Numbered from the stretch's first letter, positions 16,961-25,682 are shown. The stretch is DNA of 64,000 bases from Rhodospirillaceae bacterium (GCA_038109305.1 JAYNIR010000016.1:222-64221), one strand, 5' to 3'. Notes: generated by a model not told the origin, from the letters alone. Translations and numbers: made by a program.

Positions 16961-17164
16961 TCAGTTCAAAACGGCTGAACCGGGTGTTTTCTGCGACAGA
17001 AGTTCCTCGGTCGCGAGGACAACGCGGAGCCACACCGCTCGGGCGGCCTGATCGCCCCGGTCGCGCATCTGGTCAGCCTTAATTTGCGCGCCGACGGGCG
17101 CCATGTCGCCGAATTCCTTCACCATCAGGTCCGCGGCGCGGTAAATTTCACTATTGGTCGCCAT
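16961..17164 (-). CDS. small conserved-looking hypothetical protein (67 aa)
   Basis: MATNSEIYRAADLMVKEFGDMAPVGAQIKADQMRDRGDQAARAVWLRVVLATEELL.... It lies 35 bp downstream of fliN on the same strand. Confidence 0.45.
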   Translation of the reverse strand: MATNSEIYRAADLMVKEFGDMAPVGAQIKADQMRDRGDQAARAVWLRVVLATEELLSQKTPGSAVLN

Positions 17165-17199
17165 GGGATAACCCTCTCCGCCGGTTGATGCGTCGCCGA

Positions 17200-17508
17200 C
17201 TACTGCTTCATCGTCTGGCTGATCTTGAGGATCTCGGTCATCTTCACGCCGAGCCGGTCTTCGATCACCACCACGTCGCCCATGGCGACAAGGTGGTTGT
17301 TGGCGTGAATTTCAATGTTTTCCCCGACCGAGCGGTTCAGTTCCACGACGGCGCCGCGGCCCAGTTTCAGGATCTGGCTGATCGGCATGTCGGCTGTGCC
17401 CAGAACGGCGGTGATTTCCACCTGAACGTTGTTCAGCGAACGCCGTTCGTCGAGCGCGGCGGCGCTGCTCGATTTTTCACCCTGATCGGAGGCTGTGTCT
17501 TCTGCCAT
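17200..17508 (-). CDS. fliN: flagellar motor switch protein FliN
   Basis: 102 aa from the internal ATG, with SD GGAGA upstream. The C-terminal SpoA-type domain reads ...VQVEITAVLGTADMPISQILKLGRGAVVELNRSVGENIEIHANNHLVAMGDVVVIEDRLGVKMTEI. Confidence 0.8.
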   Translation of the reverse strand: MAEDTASDQGEKSSSAAALDERRSLNNVQVEITAVLGTADMPISQILKLGRGAVVELNRSVGENIEIHANNHLVAMGDVVVIEDRLGVKMTEILKISQTMKQ

Positions 17509-17732
17509 GGTATTTCTCCAACATGTTCGGCGACCGCCCGGGATTATAGCCGAAGTCAGTGGCCGGACCGACAAATCTTCGGACACTTTGTGACCCGAAA
17601 ACCTTAATGTTTTGTTATCGGGACGGCGAAAGCTCGTATTTCCGACCCTTGTATATGGTTAAAAACGCCTTTTCAGGGACCCGGACCGGCGGACAAGGCA
17701 GCGCCCATACGGCCCCAAAGGCGGCGGGCGGG

Positions 17733-18329
17733 CTATTCCGCCAGTTTATCGGCGACAAAGTCCAACCGGTCCTGACCCCAGAAAAGCTCCCCGCCGACGA
17801 CGTAGGAAGGCGCCCCGAACACGCCGAATTCCTTCGCTTCCTCGGTGTATCGGGCATAGATAGCCTGCACGTCGGCGGTGTCGGCCTGATCCAGCAGGTC
17901 GCCGCCGTTGTGGCCAAGGCCGTCGGCAATGGCTTTCAGGGTTTCCGGGTCGGCCTGGTTTTTTTCCTCCGCCCACGTGGCCCGCATGATCGCGTGAACC
18001 ATCGGCCCCACATCGGCGCCGGTCTTTTGTGCGGCGATCACGACGCGCGCGGACAAATCGTTGGACGCGGGAAAAAATTTTGGCTCAAGCGTCAGGTTGA
18101 CGCCCAGCTTTTTGCACCAGCGCTGCAATTCCAGCATCCGATAGGCCTGGCGCTGCAGCGCCCGTTTGGCCAGCGGCAAACCGCCTGACATGGAAAAGAC
18201 CTCGCCGATGCGGAACGGTTTGTGGTTGATTGCGGCCCTGTGCTCGGCGGCGATGGTCCGGAGCCTGGCGTCGCCCAGATAGCTCCACGGTGACTTCAAC
18301 GCGAAGTAATAGTCGATGGTTTTTGTCAT
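17733..18329 (-). CDS. 2-hydroxychromene-2-carboxylate isomerase / DsbA-like thioredoxin-fold protein
   Basis: 198 aa from the internal ATG, starting MTKTIDYYFALKSPWSYLG... and ending ...GAPSYVVGGELFWGQDRLDFV, typical of the HCCA isomerase family. Confidence 0.8.
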   Translation of the reverse strand: MTKTIDYYFALKSPWSYLGDARLRTIAAEHRAAINHKPFRIGEVFSMSGGLPLAKRALQRQAYRMLELQRWCKKLGVNLTLEPKFFPASNDLSARVVIAAQKTGADVGPMVHAIMRATWAEEKNQADPETLKAIADGLGHNGGDLLDQADTADVQAIYARYTEEAKEFGVFGAPSYVVGGELFWGQDRLDFVADKLAE

Positions 18330-18538
18330 TGCCCGTACCCATAGAGCTCTCTGGATTACAGTCATGTGGCATCGCGCGGCGGCCCGGTCAAGTCCCTGGC
18401 GGCGCCAATAAATTGCCTCAATTTGTTGAAATTTCGCGCTTTTTCCTGGATTGACCAGGCTTGCATTGACAGCCTGATTCCGCCAAGGCAACGATTGTCA
18501 CGCAACAGTAACTAAATCCTGTTGACGGTCGGCGCTGT

Positions 18539-18613
18539 CTTTCCTTCCGGATGAGGCGTCAGCGGATCCGGCGCGAGCCGGGCCAAGTGACCATCCGGAA
18601 GCGGTCAGGGAAG
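18539..18613 (+). promoter_or_regulatory. candidate structured RNA leader (extended hairpin with GNRA loop)
   Basis: By hand pairing, four helical segments of 6, 9, 4 and 5 bp are stacked: 18539-44/18608-13, 18545-53/18592-600, 18558-61/18588-91 and 18668-72/18677-81. They are closed by a GCGA tetraloop at 18673-76. The element lies in a 368-bp intergenic region, 85 nt upstream of a small ORF. Confidence 0.4.
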
Positions 18614-18697
18614 CAAAAGGGGGCTCCCATGCGGCATCCGCCCGTTTACGGCAATACCGTCTACTAAATCGCGATCTACAAACGGGAGGTCCGGTCG

Positions 18698-18886
18698 TTG
18701 GTCAAGGAAAACCAATCTCATAATATTTACGATGACGGCTGGACCGATCCGCACGTGCACGATGTGGTCGCGCGGGACGAGACCAAGGCTCGTCAGATGA
18801 TCATCGAGCGATTTCCACCGGACGACGGTTTCGTCATTGAAATCGTATCGGTGGCGGACAGAGCGTCCGATTCGTTCGACTATTAG
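18698..18886 (+). CDS. 62-aa hypothetical protein (TTG start)
   Basis: SD GGGAGG (18684-18689) lies 8 nt upstream of the TTG. Sequence is MVKENQSHNIYDDGWTDPHVHDVVARDETKARQMIIERFPPDDGFVIEIVSV.... I recognise no family. Confidence 0.4.
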   Translation: MVKENQSHNIYDDGWTDPHVHDVVARDETKARQMIIERFPPDDGFVIEIVSVADRASDSFDY

Positions 18887-20508
18887 GTGCCGCGGTCACG
18901 CAGTTCCTTGCGTTTGATCTTGCCGGTGGCGGTCATGGGCAGGTCGTCGACGAATTCGATCAACCGCGGGTATTCATGGGATGACAGCCGCGTTTTGACG
19001 TACTCGCGGATGTTCTGCTCCGTTGCCGCGTCGGTGGCGTGGTCGGGCAGAAGCTTGATGTACGCCTTAACTGCCTGGGTGCGGATCGGATCGGGCACGC
19101 CGACCACGGCAGCCAATTCGACCGCCGGGTGATGGGCGAGGCAATCCTCGATCTCGCCCGGGCCGATACGGTACCCGGCGGATGTGATCACGTCATCGCC
19201 GCGGCCCACGAACCACAAATATCCGTCCTGGTCGCGGTATCCGGTATCGCCCATCAGCCACCATTCCCCCCGCATGTTGGCCTCGGTCGCTTCTCGGTTG
19301 TTCCAGTATTGCAAAAGCATCACCGGGTCCGGCCTGCGGCAGGCCAGTTCGCCCTCGCGCTCGGGCGGCATCGGGTTGCCCGCCGCATCAATCACGTCGA
19401 CCACGTGCCCCGGCGCGGGGCGGCCCATGCAGCCCGCCTTGGCGGGCATGATTTCTGCGCAGTTGGCGACGATGATGTTGCATTCCGTCTGGCCGTAAAA
19501 TTCGTTGACCGTCAGGCCCAGGTGTTCGTCCGCCCACTGGAACAGCTCCGCGCCGACCGGCTCGCCGGCCGAGGCGACGGAACGCAGCTTCAACTCATAC
19601 CGTCCGGCCGGGTTCGGCACTTTGCTCATCAACCGGAGCGCCGTTGGCGGCATGAAGGTGTTGCGGACGCCCAGCCGCGCCATCAACCGCAGCGCGTCTT
19701 CCGGGTCGTACTTGCGGGCCCGATGGGCGACCACGGGGACGCCCAAATACCACGCACACATGAGCGTGTTCATCAGACCGCCGATCCAGGCCCAGTCGGC
19801 GGGCGTCCACACCAGGTCGCCCGGCTGACCCAGAAAATTATGAAACATTTCCGCCGCCGGCATGTGGCCCAACAAAACCCGGTGCGCATGCAAGGCGCCC
19901 TTGGGCGGGCCGGTGGTCCCGGATGTGTAGATGATCAGCGCCGGATCGTCGGCGGCAGTATCGACCGGCGTGAAGGCGTCGGACGCGCGGCCCATGCCCG
20001 ACCAAAAATCCCGGGCGTCGGGTCCGTCGGCGCCGGCGTCGGTTACCAACACCGTTTGCAGCGCAGGCAGCCGCTCGCGGATCGCCGCGATCTTCGGATA
20101 ATTCGCCTCGTCGGTCACCAGGACCGACGCGCCGGAATCGGCAAGCCGGAATTCAAGCGCTTCTTCGCCGAACAGCGTGAACAGCGGGATCGAAATCAGG
20201 CCCGCTTTCCACGCGGCGACATGCGTGATTGCTGTTTCCAAGGACTGCGGCAGCAACACGGCCACCCGCGCGCCGCGGTCAAGCCCCAGACCCGTGAACA
20301 CGTTGGCCAATTGATTGGAAAGCGCCCGGATCGCGCTGAAACTGTAGGACACCGTGTCGTCGCCGGCGCCGGCGACGATCAGCGCGGTCCGCGCCGGATG
20401 GATGTACGCCACGGCATCGGATACGGCGACGCCCATGTTAAACCGCGCCGGGATGGCCCAGGCGAACCCGTCGTATAGCTTTTCGTAGGTGTCCGTTTTG
20501 ACCAGCAT
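18883..20508 (-). CDS. AMP-dependent acyl-CoA synthetase/ligase
   Basis: Contains the AMP-binding motif IIYTSGTTGPPKG, then ...GDTGYRDQDGYLWFVGRGDDVI... and a C-terminal ...TATGKIKRKELR. ATG 20508 (MLVKTDTYEKLY) was preferred over the TTG at 20541. Confidence 0.85.
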   Translation of the reverse strand: MLVKTDTYEKLYDGFAWAIPARFNMGVAVSDAVAYIHPARTALIVAGAGDDTVSYSFSAIRALSNQLANVFTGLGLDRGARVAVLLPQSLETAITHVAAWKAGLISIPLFTLFGEEALEFRLADSGASVLVTDEANYPKIAAIRERLPALQTVLVTDAGADGPDARDFWSGMGRASDAFTPVDTAADDPALIIYTSGTTGPPKGALHAHRVLLGHMPAAEMFHNFLGQPGDLVWTPADWAWIGGLMNTLMCAWYLGVPVVAHRARKYDPEDALRLMARLGVRNTFMPPTALRLMSKVPNPAGRYELKLRSVASAGEPVGAELFQWADEHLGLTVNEFYGQTECNIIVANCAEIMPAKAGCMGRPAPGHVVDVIDAAGNPMPPEREGELACRRPDPVMLLQYWNNREATEANMRGEWWLMGDTGYRDQDGYLWFVGRGDDVITSAGYRIGPGEIEDCLAHHPAVELAAVVGVPDPIRTQAVKAYIKLLPDHATDAATEQNIREYVKTRLSSHEYPRLIEFVDDLPMTATGKIKRKELRDRGT

Positions 20509-20566
20509 GGCCCCGGCGGTGTCCTTCCCGGACGGGCGCAAGTAGATAACTGCCTTACAGCCTGGC

Positions 20567-21781
20567 CTATTTGAACGCGGTCAGGTTCTGCCCTCCGGAT
20601 TCGAAATAATGGTACGCGTCGACCGTTTCAAGCAACACCCCGTCATACCCTTGGGCGATCAGGCCGTAGGTAAACGATTTCGCATCGCCGTAGATCAGCT
20701 TGTGCCATTCCGGCCGCCAGTATTCGACAAAGAACCGGTCGGGATCGGTCGGGTAGGGCGCGGTGATCCAGCGCGGCGAACCGGATTGCCACCCGGCCTT
20801 CCAGTAATATCGGTAGCTGGCGGCGGTGCCGATGTCCATCCGCGCCAGCACAAGGCGCTTGGAGCCGAGTTTTTTGTACTTCATGGTTTCGATGGCGCGT
20901 TTCGAAAACGGCTTGCGGCCATGAAATACGTCAACGATCACCATGTCGAAGTTGGTATCATGCATCTTGAGGGCGAATTCGACCTCAAGCCCGAAGGCGG
21001 TGGTGTCGCGCAGGTAGACGTAATTTTTGGCGCTGTCCATGGACAGCACGTGATTGCCGTTTTCCCGGAACGGCCGCGACGGATAGGTCGGCAGCGCATT
21101 CATTTCATTGATCGGTTTTTGCGCAACGAAGGGAAGGTAACCTTTGCGCGCACTTTCCTGCAGCACGCGGTCGATGGCCTTGCGGTCGTTGGTGAAATCC
21201 ATCGTCAACAGCCGGATGCGGTTGCGTTCCGCCAGATCGGTGAAATGTTTCAGCATGTCAGCGGTGTCTTTTTCGGGCGGCTTGCCGAACGCTTGGTTAC
21301 CGTAAAACAGGCCGTCCTGCATAATCGCGTCAATCGACAGCATGTAACCCCGCGCGGGAAAGGCCTTGCGCTGGTCCGCTTCGTCGACTTTTTCCAAAAG
21401 TTCCAGGCCGTTGTGGGTCATGACCACGAAGCCGGGTTGCGTTTTGCGCGCAAAATTGGCGATTTCGGTGATGAGCTTACGCATTTCCTCGCGGAAATCG
21501 GTCAGCTTGCCCAGAACCGGCGCGCCGATGGGGGGGGCCTGCGGCACAACGGGCACGCCCTGGACGCGGACTTGGCCCCGGTTGTCGCCGCCCGGCGCCG
21601 CGGGAGCCGCACCGGGTGCGGGGGTCGGTTCAGCCCACGGCGCCGCCAGCGGATCGGCCGCCGACGCCGGCGGAGTCTGCGCCCACGCGCCCTCGTTGGC
21701 GGCGATCGCGATCCCGAGCGTCAGGCCGAGCGCCGAGCCGAACGTCAAGCCGCGTAGCCAGATTTTCCGGCGGGTGTTCAT
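20567..21781 (-). CDS. secreted TM1410/MJ1477-type putative glycoside hydrolase (GH114-like TIM barrel)
   Basis: 404 aa. A signal peptide is followed by a Pro/Ala-rich linker. The C-terminal part ...VLARMDIGTAASYRYYWKAGW...PDRFFVEYWRPEWHKLI...GYDGVLLETVDAYHYF resembles the TM1410 hypothetical-related / GH114-like family. Confidence 0.65.
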   Translation of the reverse strand: MNTRRKIWLRGLTFGSALGLTLGIAIAANEGAWAQTPPASAADPLAAPWAEPTPAPGAAPAAPGGDNRGQVRVQGVPVVPQAPPIGAPVLGKLTDFREEMRKLITEIANFARKTQPGFVVMTHNGLELLEKVDEADQRKAFPARGYMLSIDAIMQDGLFYGNQAFGKPPEKDTADMLKHFTDLAERNRIRLLTMDFTNDRKAIDRVLQESARKGYLPFVAQKPINEMNALPTYPSRPFRENGNHVLSMDSAKNYVYLRDTTAFGLEVEFALKMHDTNFDMVIVDVFHGRKPFSKRAIETMKYKKLGSKRLVLARMDIGTAASYRYYWKAGWQSGSPRWITAPYPTDPDRFFVEYWRPEWHKLIYGDAKSFTYGLIAQGYDGVLLETVDAYHYFESGGQNLTAFK

Positions 21782-21796
21782 GACAAATTCTGTTCC

Positions 21797-21832
21797 TTTT
21801 CCGCCGTCAGACTATTTTCCGCCGTCAGACTA
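21797..21832. repeat. perfect 18-bp tandem direct repeat (2 copies)
   Basis: TTTTCCGCCGTCAGACTA occurs at 21797-21814 and again at 21815-21832, read directly from the sequence. It begins 16 nt upstream of the GH114-like start codon, in the divergent intergenic region. Confidence 0.9.
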
Positions 21833-21992
21833 TAAGACAAGGGTTAATCAGTTCTTAGCCGCGCCGGGGCTTCGCCGGGGCCCGGTCGGGCGTGTCTCTG
21901 CCTTATACCACGGACGCGAAGGGCCTTTCACCAAGATGTCTCGGCCGCCGACCCGCCTTGTTCCGGTCACACGCGGGGGGTACATTCGCCGC

Positions 21993-24065
21993 ATGAACGT
22001 CCAGCACCCCGTCAAGCCGCAATTCCGACCCTCCGCCTGTCCGCACGATTGCCCCAGCACCTGCGCCCTGGAGGTCGAGGTCCTGGACAACCGCACCATC
22101 GGGCGTGTCCGCGGCAACCCGCGGAACGACTACACCGCGGGCGTGATCTGCGCCAAGGTTGCGGCCTATCGCGAACGGGTCCACCACCCGGACCGGCTGA
22201 CGCAGCCGTTGCAAAGCGTCGGGGCGAAAGGCGACGGTGACTTCCGCCTGATCACCTGGGATCAGGCGCTGGATGAGGTGACAGAAGCGATCACCCGCGC
22301 GTCCGCCAAATACGGGGCGGAAACCGTCTGGCCCTACCACTTCGCGGGCACAATGGGATTGGCGCAGCGCGACTGCATCCACCGCCTGCGCAATGTCTTC
22401 GGGTTTTCTCGCGAACACGAAACAATCTGCGTCACCACCGCTTGTAACGGCTGGATCGCCGGTGCGGGCCGCATCTGGGGCGCCGATCCGCGCGAAATGG
22501 CGGAATCGGATCTGATCGTCGTCTGGGGATGCAATCCGGTTTCGACCCAGGTCAACGTCATGACCCACGTCGCCAAGGCGCGGAAAAGCCGGGGCGCAAA
22601 GCTGGTCGTCATCGATCCGTACCGGACGCCGACGGCGGAACAGGCCGACATCCACCTGCCCATTCGGCCCGGCACCGACGGCGCGCTCGGCTGCGCGGTG
22701 ATGCATGTCCTGTTCGACGAAAACATGGCCGACTGGGATTACATGCGGCAATACACCGACGGTCCCGAACGCCTGCAACAGCACCTGTCGACGCGGACGC
22801 CGGAATGGGCCGAAGCCATCACCGGCATCCCGGCCGATGACATCCGCGCCTTCGCCCGGCTTTACGGGCGGACGGAACGCGCCTTCCTGCGCATCGGATA
22901 CGGCTTCACCCGCTCGCGCAACGGCGCCGCCAACATGCACGCGGTGACCTGCCTGCCGGTGGTGACCGGATCGTGGAAGCACCGGGGTGGCGGCGCGCTT
23001 TATTCAAACCGGGAATTGTTCGGTGTCGACCAGACCCTGATCCGGGGATTGGACAGACTCGACCCTTCGACCCGGGCGCTCGACATGTCCCGCATCGGCC
23101 CGATCCTGACCGGAGACAAAAAAAGTTTGTTCGGCGGGCCGCCGGTGACGGTTTTGTTCACGCAGAACATCAACCCGGCCGAGGTCGCGCCCGAAACGGC
23201 GAAGGTCATCGACGGCATGAAGCGGGACGATTTGTTCACCTGCGTACACGAGCAGTTCATGACCGCGTCGGCGAAGCTGGCCGATATCGTCCTGCCGGCG
23301 ACCATGTTCCTCGAACACGAGGACATGTATCAGGGCGGCGGGCATGTGTATCTGCAGGTTCATAAGGCGCTGATCGAAGCGCCAGGCGAGTGCCGATCGA
23401 ACAACGAGGTCGTCAACGCCATCGGGCAAAGGCTCGGCACCGATTATCCGGCGTTCCACATGTCGGCATGGGAACTCATCGACGATGCGCTCCGGCGCAG
23501 CGGCCGTCCATCCGCCGACGAGGTTTATGAAAACGGCTGGGTCGACTGCACGTTTCCGTTCGAAAAGGCGCATTTTCTGAACGGTTTCGGTCATGCCGAC
23601 GGCAAGTTCCATTTCGCTGCCGATTGGGCGTCGCTCGGCGCCGATCACGAAGCCATGTCGGCGCTGCCCGACCATCTGGCGGTCACCGACGCGGCGACCG
23701 CAGAACACCCGTATCGTCTGGTCGCCGCGCCGGCGCGGCGGTTTCTCAACACCTCGTTCACGGAAACGCCGTCCAGCCGTAAGAGGGAAGTCCGCCCCGA
23801 AGCGCTGATCCATACCGAGACTTGCAAAGAACTGGGACTTGCGGAAGGCGACCGGGTGCGGCTCGGCAACCGGCAGGGCAGCGTCGTCGTGCATGTCCGC
23901 GCGTTCGACGGATTGCAGACCCACACGGTGATCGTCGAAGGAATCTGGCCCAATGACGCGTTCGAGGAAGGCATCGGCATCAACCTGTTGACCAGCGCCG
24001 ACCCGGCATTACCTGGCGGTGGCGCCGTGTTCCACGACACCGCGGTCTGGATGCGGCCCGCCTGA
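21993..24065 (+). CDS. molybdopterin (bis-MGD) oxidoreductase with N-terminal 4Fe-4S motif
   Basis: 690 aa from the internal ATG. MNVQHPVKPQFRPSACPHDCPSTCALEVEV... gives the C-x2-C-x3-C cluster motif. The molybdopterin oxidoreductase and C-terminal MopB-binding regions are recognisable. The 899-aa track ORF is an upstream read-through. Confidence 0.85.
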   Translation: MNVQHPVKPQFRPSACPHDCPSTCALEVEVLDNRTIGRVRGNPRNDYTAGVICAKVAAYRERVHHPDRLTQPLQSVGAKGDGDFRLITWDQALDEVTEAITRASAKYGAETVWPYHFAGTMGLAQRDCIHRLRNVFGFSREHETICVTTACNGWIAGAGRIWGADPREMAESDLIVVWGCNPVSTQVNVMTHVAKARKSRGAKLVVIDPYRTPTAEQADIHLPIRPGTDGALGCAVMHVLFDENMADWDYMRQYTDGPERLQQHLSTRTPEWAEAITGIPADDIRAFARLYGRTERAFLRIGYGFTRSRNGAANMHAVTCLPVVTGSWKHRGGGALYSNRELFGVDQTLIRGLDRLDPSTRALDMSRIGPILTGDKKSLFGGPPVTVLFTQNINPAEVAPETAKVIDGMKRDDLFTCVHEQFMTASAKLADIVLPATMFLEHEDMYQGGGHVYLQVHKALIEAPGECRSNNEVVNAIGQRLGTDYPAFHMSAWELIDDALRRSGRPSADEVYENGWVDCTFPFEKAHFLNGFGHADGKFHFAADWASLGADHEAMSALPDHLAVTDAATAEHPYRLVAAPARRFLNTSFTETPSSRKREVRPEALIHTETCKELGLAEGDRVRLGNRQGSVVVHVRAFDGLQTHTVIVEGIWPNDAFEEGIGINLLTSADPALPGGGAVFHDTAVWMRPA

Positions 24066-24877
24066 TGGCCAAATCACACGGGCAAACAGCCGGCGCCGGC
24101 CATGTCATCGTCGTCGGCAATGAAAAAGGCGGCAGCGGCAAATCGACCACGGCCATGCACATCGCGGTCGGTCTGATGCGGGCCGGGCGCGACGTCGCGG
24201 TCATCGACACCGACGTGCGGCAGGGAACGCTCCGCCGGTTTCTCGAAAACCGCCGGGACTATGCCAAGACGATCAATCAGCCTGTGCCGATCCCGGAATT
24301 GATCGATGTCGCCGCCGCCGGGTTCGAAGGCGGTAACGACGCCGACCGTATGGCTGCCGTTTTGCGCGGGGAAACCAACCGCATGGTCGTCATCGATACG
24401 CCTGGCAGCGCCACGCCGCTTTCCGAGGCCGCGCACTCCCACGCCGATACGCTGATCACGCCCCTGAACGACAGCTTCGTCGACCTGGACGTTCTCGGGC
24501 GCATGGATATCGAGGACATGACCGTGAAAGGGCCCAGCCAGTACGCCGAAATGGTCTGGCGGCAGAAAATCCTGCGCGCCCGGCGCGACGGCGGCGACAT
24601 GGACTGGGTCGTCATCCGCAACCGGTTGAGCCCGCTCGACTCCCGCAATCGGCGGGAAATTGAAAAGGCGTTGCAGGCCCTGGCGACGCGGATCGGATTC
24701 CGTTTTCTGCCCGGTTTCGTTGAACGGATGATCTACCGCGAACTGTTTCTGGCGGGGCTGACCATCATGGACATACGGGAAGCGGCGGCGGCGGAGCTCT
24801 CCATGTCGCACCTTTCCGCCCGGCAGGAAGTCCGGCGGCTGATCGACAGCCTCCGCCTGCCGCCGCTGAAAGCCTGA
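24065..24877 (+). CDS. mipZ: division-plane positioning ATPase MipZ
   Basis: 270 aa containing HVIVVGNEKGGSGKSTTAMH (deviant Walker A), TPLNDSFVDLDVLG, DWVVIRNRL, RIGFRFLPGFVERMIYRELFLAGLTIMDI and SHLSARQEVRRLI. This closely parallels Caulobacter MipZ as I recall it. Confidence 0.85.
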   Translation: MAKSHGQTAGAGHVIVVGNEKGGSGKSTTAMHIAVGLMRAGRDVAVIDTDVRQGTLRRFLENRRDYAKTINQPVPIPELIDVAAAGFEGGNDADRMAAVLRGETNRMVVIDTPGSATPLSEAAHSHADTLITPLNDSFVDLDVLGRMDIEDMTVKGPSQYAEMVWRQKILRARRDGGDMDWVVIRNRLSPLDSRNRREIEKALQALATRIGFRFLPGFVERMIYRELFLAGLTIMDIREAAAAELSMSHLSARQEVRRLIDSLRLPPLKA

Positions 24878-24959
24878 ACCGGCGCAAACTGGCGTCCGGC
24901 GGCCACCGGGCCTATCTTATAGGCGACTGGCTGAATTCGGGACAAACCCGGAGGCGCGT

Positions 24960-25670
24960 GTGGGCGGCAAGGATAAACCGGTTCAAAAGACGGACCCAGC
25001 CAAAGACGTCGAGGCGTTTTTGGGCGAGGTCGCGCGCACGCCCGTCGCGAAAACGCCGGGCCGGCGCGGGCGGCTGATGTTCGGCATGGACGCGACGGCC
25101 AGCCGCCAGCCGACATGGGAGCGTGCGGCGCGTCCGCAAGGTGAAATGTTCGCAGTCACGGCTGCCTTGGGCGGGCTTGACGTGCAATTGGCGTTCTTTC
25201 GCGGGTTCGGTGAATTCAAGGTCAGCAAATGGACGGCCAACGCGGATGAATTGACGCCGTTGATGACGTCCGTCTACTGCCTTGCCGGGGAAACCCAGAT
25301 CGGCAAGGTCCTTAAACACGCGGTCAACGAAACCAAGCGAAAGAAAGTCAACGCGCTGGTCTATGTCGGCGACTGCTGCGAAGAAGACGTGGACGCGCTC
25401 GGCAAATCGGCGGGCGAGCTAGGCATTCTGGGCGTTCCTGCCTTCATGTTTCACGAAGGGGGCGATCCCGTCGCCGCCTACGCGTTCCAGCAGATCGCGC
25501 ATCTATCGGGCGGCGCGTATTTCGCCTTTGACGCGGCCAGCGCCGACACGTTGCGGGACTTGCTTTCCGCCGTCGCGGTCTATGCCGCGGGCGGGCGGCC
25601 GGCGCTTGAAGATCACGCGAACAATCGGGGCGGGGCGGTCCTGCAGATCGCCCGCCAGGTCAAAGGGTAG
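24960..25670 (+). CDS. VWA-domain protein
   Basis: 236 aa with a GTG start and SD GGAGG 5 nt upstream. MFGMDATASRQPTW is a MIDAS-like D-x-T-x-S motif. Confidence 0.65.
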   Translation: MGGKDKPVQKTDPAKDVEAFLGEVARTPVAKTPGRRGRLMFGMDATASRQPTWERAARPQGEMFAVTAALGGLDVQLAFFRGFGEFKVSKWTANADELTPLMTSVYCLAGETQIGKVLKHAVNETKRKKVNALVYVGDCCEEDVDALGKSAGELGILGVPAFMFHEGGDPVAAYAFQQIAHLSGGAYFAFDAASADTLRDLLSAVAVYAAGGRPALEDHANNRGGAVLQIARQVKG

Positions 25671-25682
25671 GGCGGGGCTGTC

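Noticed and set aside
18539-18613. SRP (4.5S) RNA or a guanidine-III (ykkC-III) riboswitch as the identity of the hairpin.
   Set aside because: The element contains CCGGAAG and GGAAGCA-like strings. It lacks the contiguous GGUCCGGAAGGAAGCAGCC core of bacterial SRP RNA. It also does not reproduce the compact ACCCGGUCAGGACAAGACGG pseudoknot motif of guanidine-III, and the downstream gene is not a guanidine transporter or carboxylase.
21366-21992. The N-terminal 209-aa extension of the molybdopterin oxidoreductase ORF, and similar long 5' extensions of the galU, phaP, MlaD1, fliN and HCCA-isomerase ORFs.
   Set aside because: The extensions overlap upstream genes or intergenic DNA, are low-complexity, and precede internal ATGs that match canonical family N-termini and, where checked, have plausible Shine-Dalgarno sequences.
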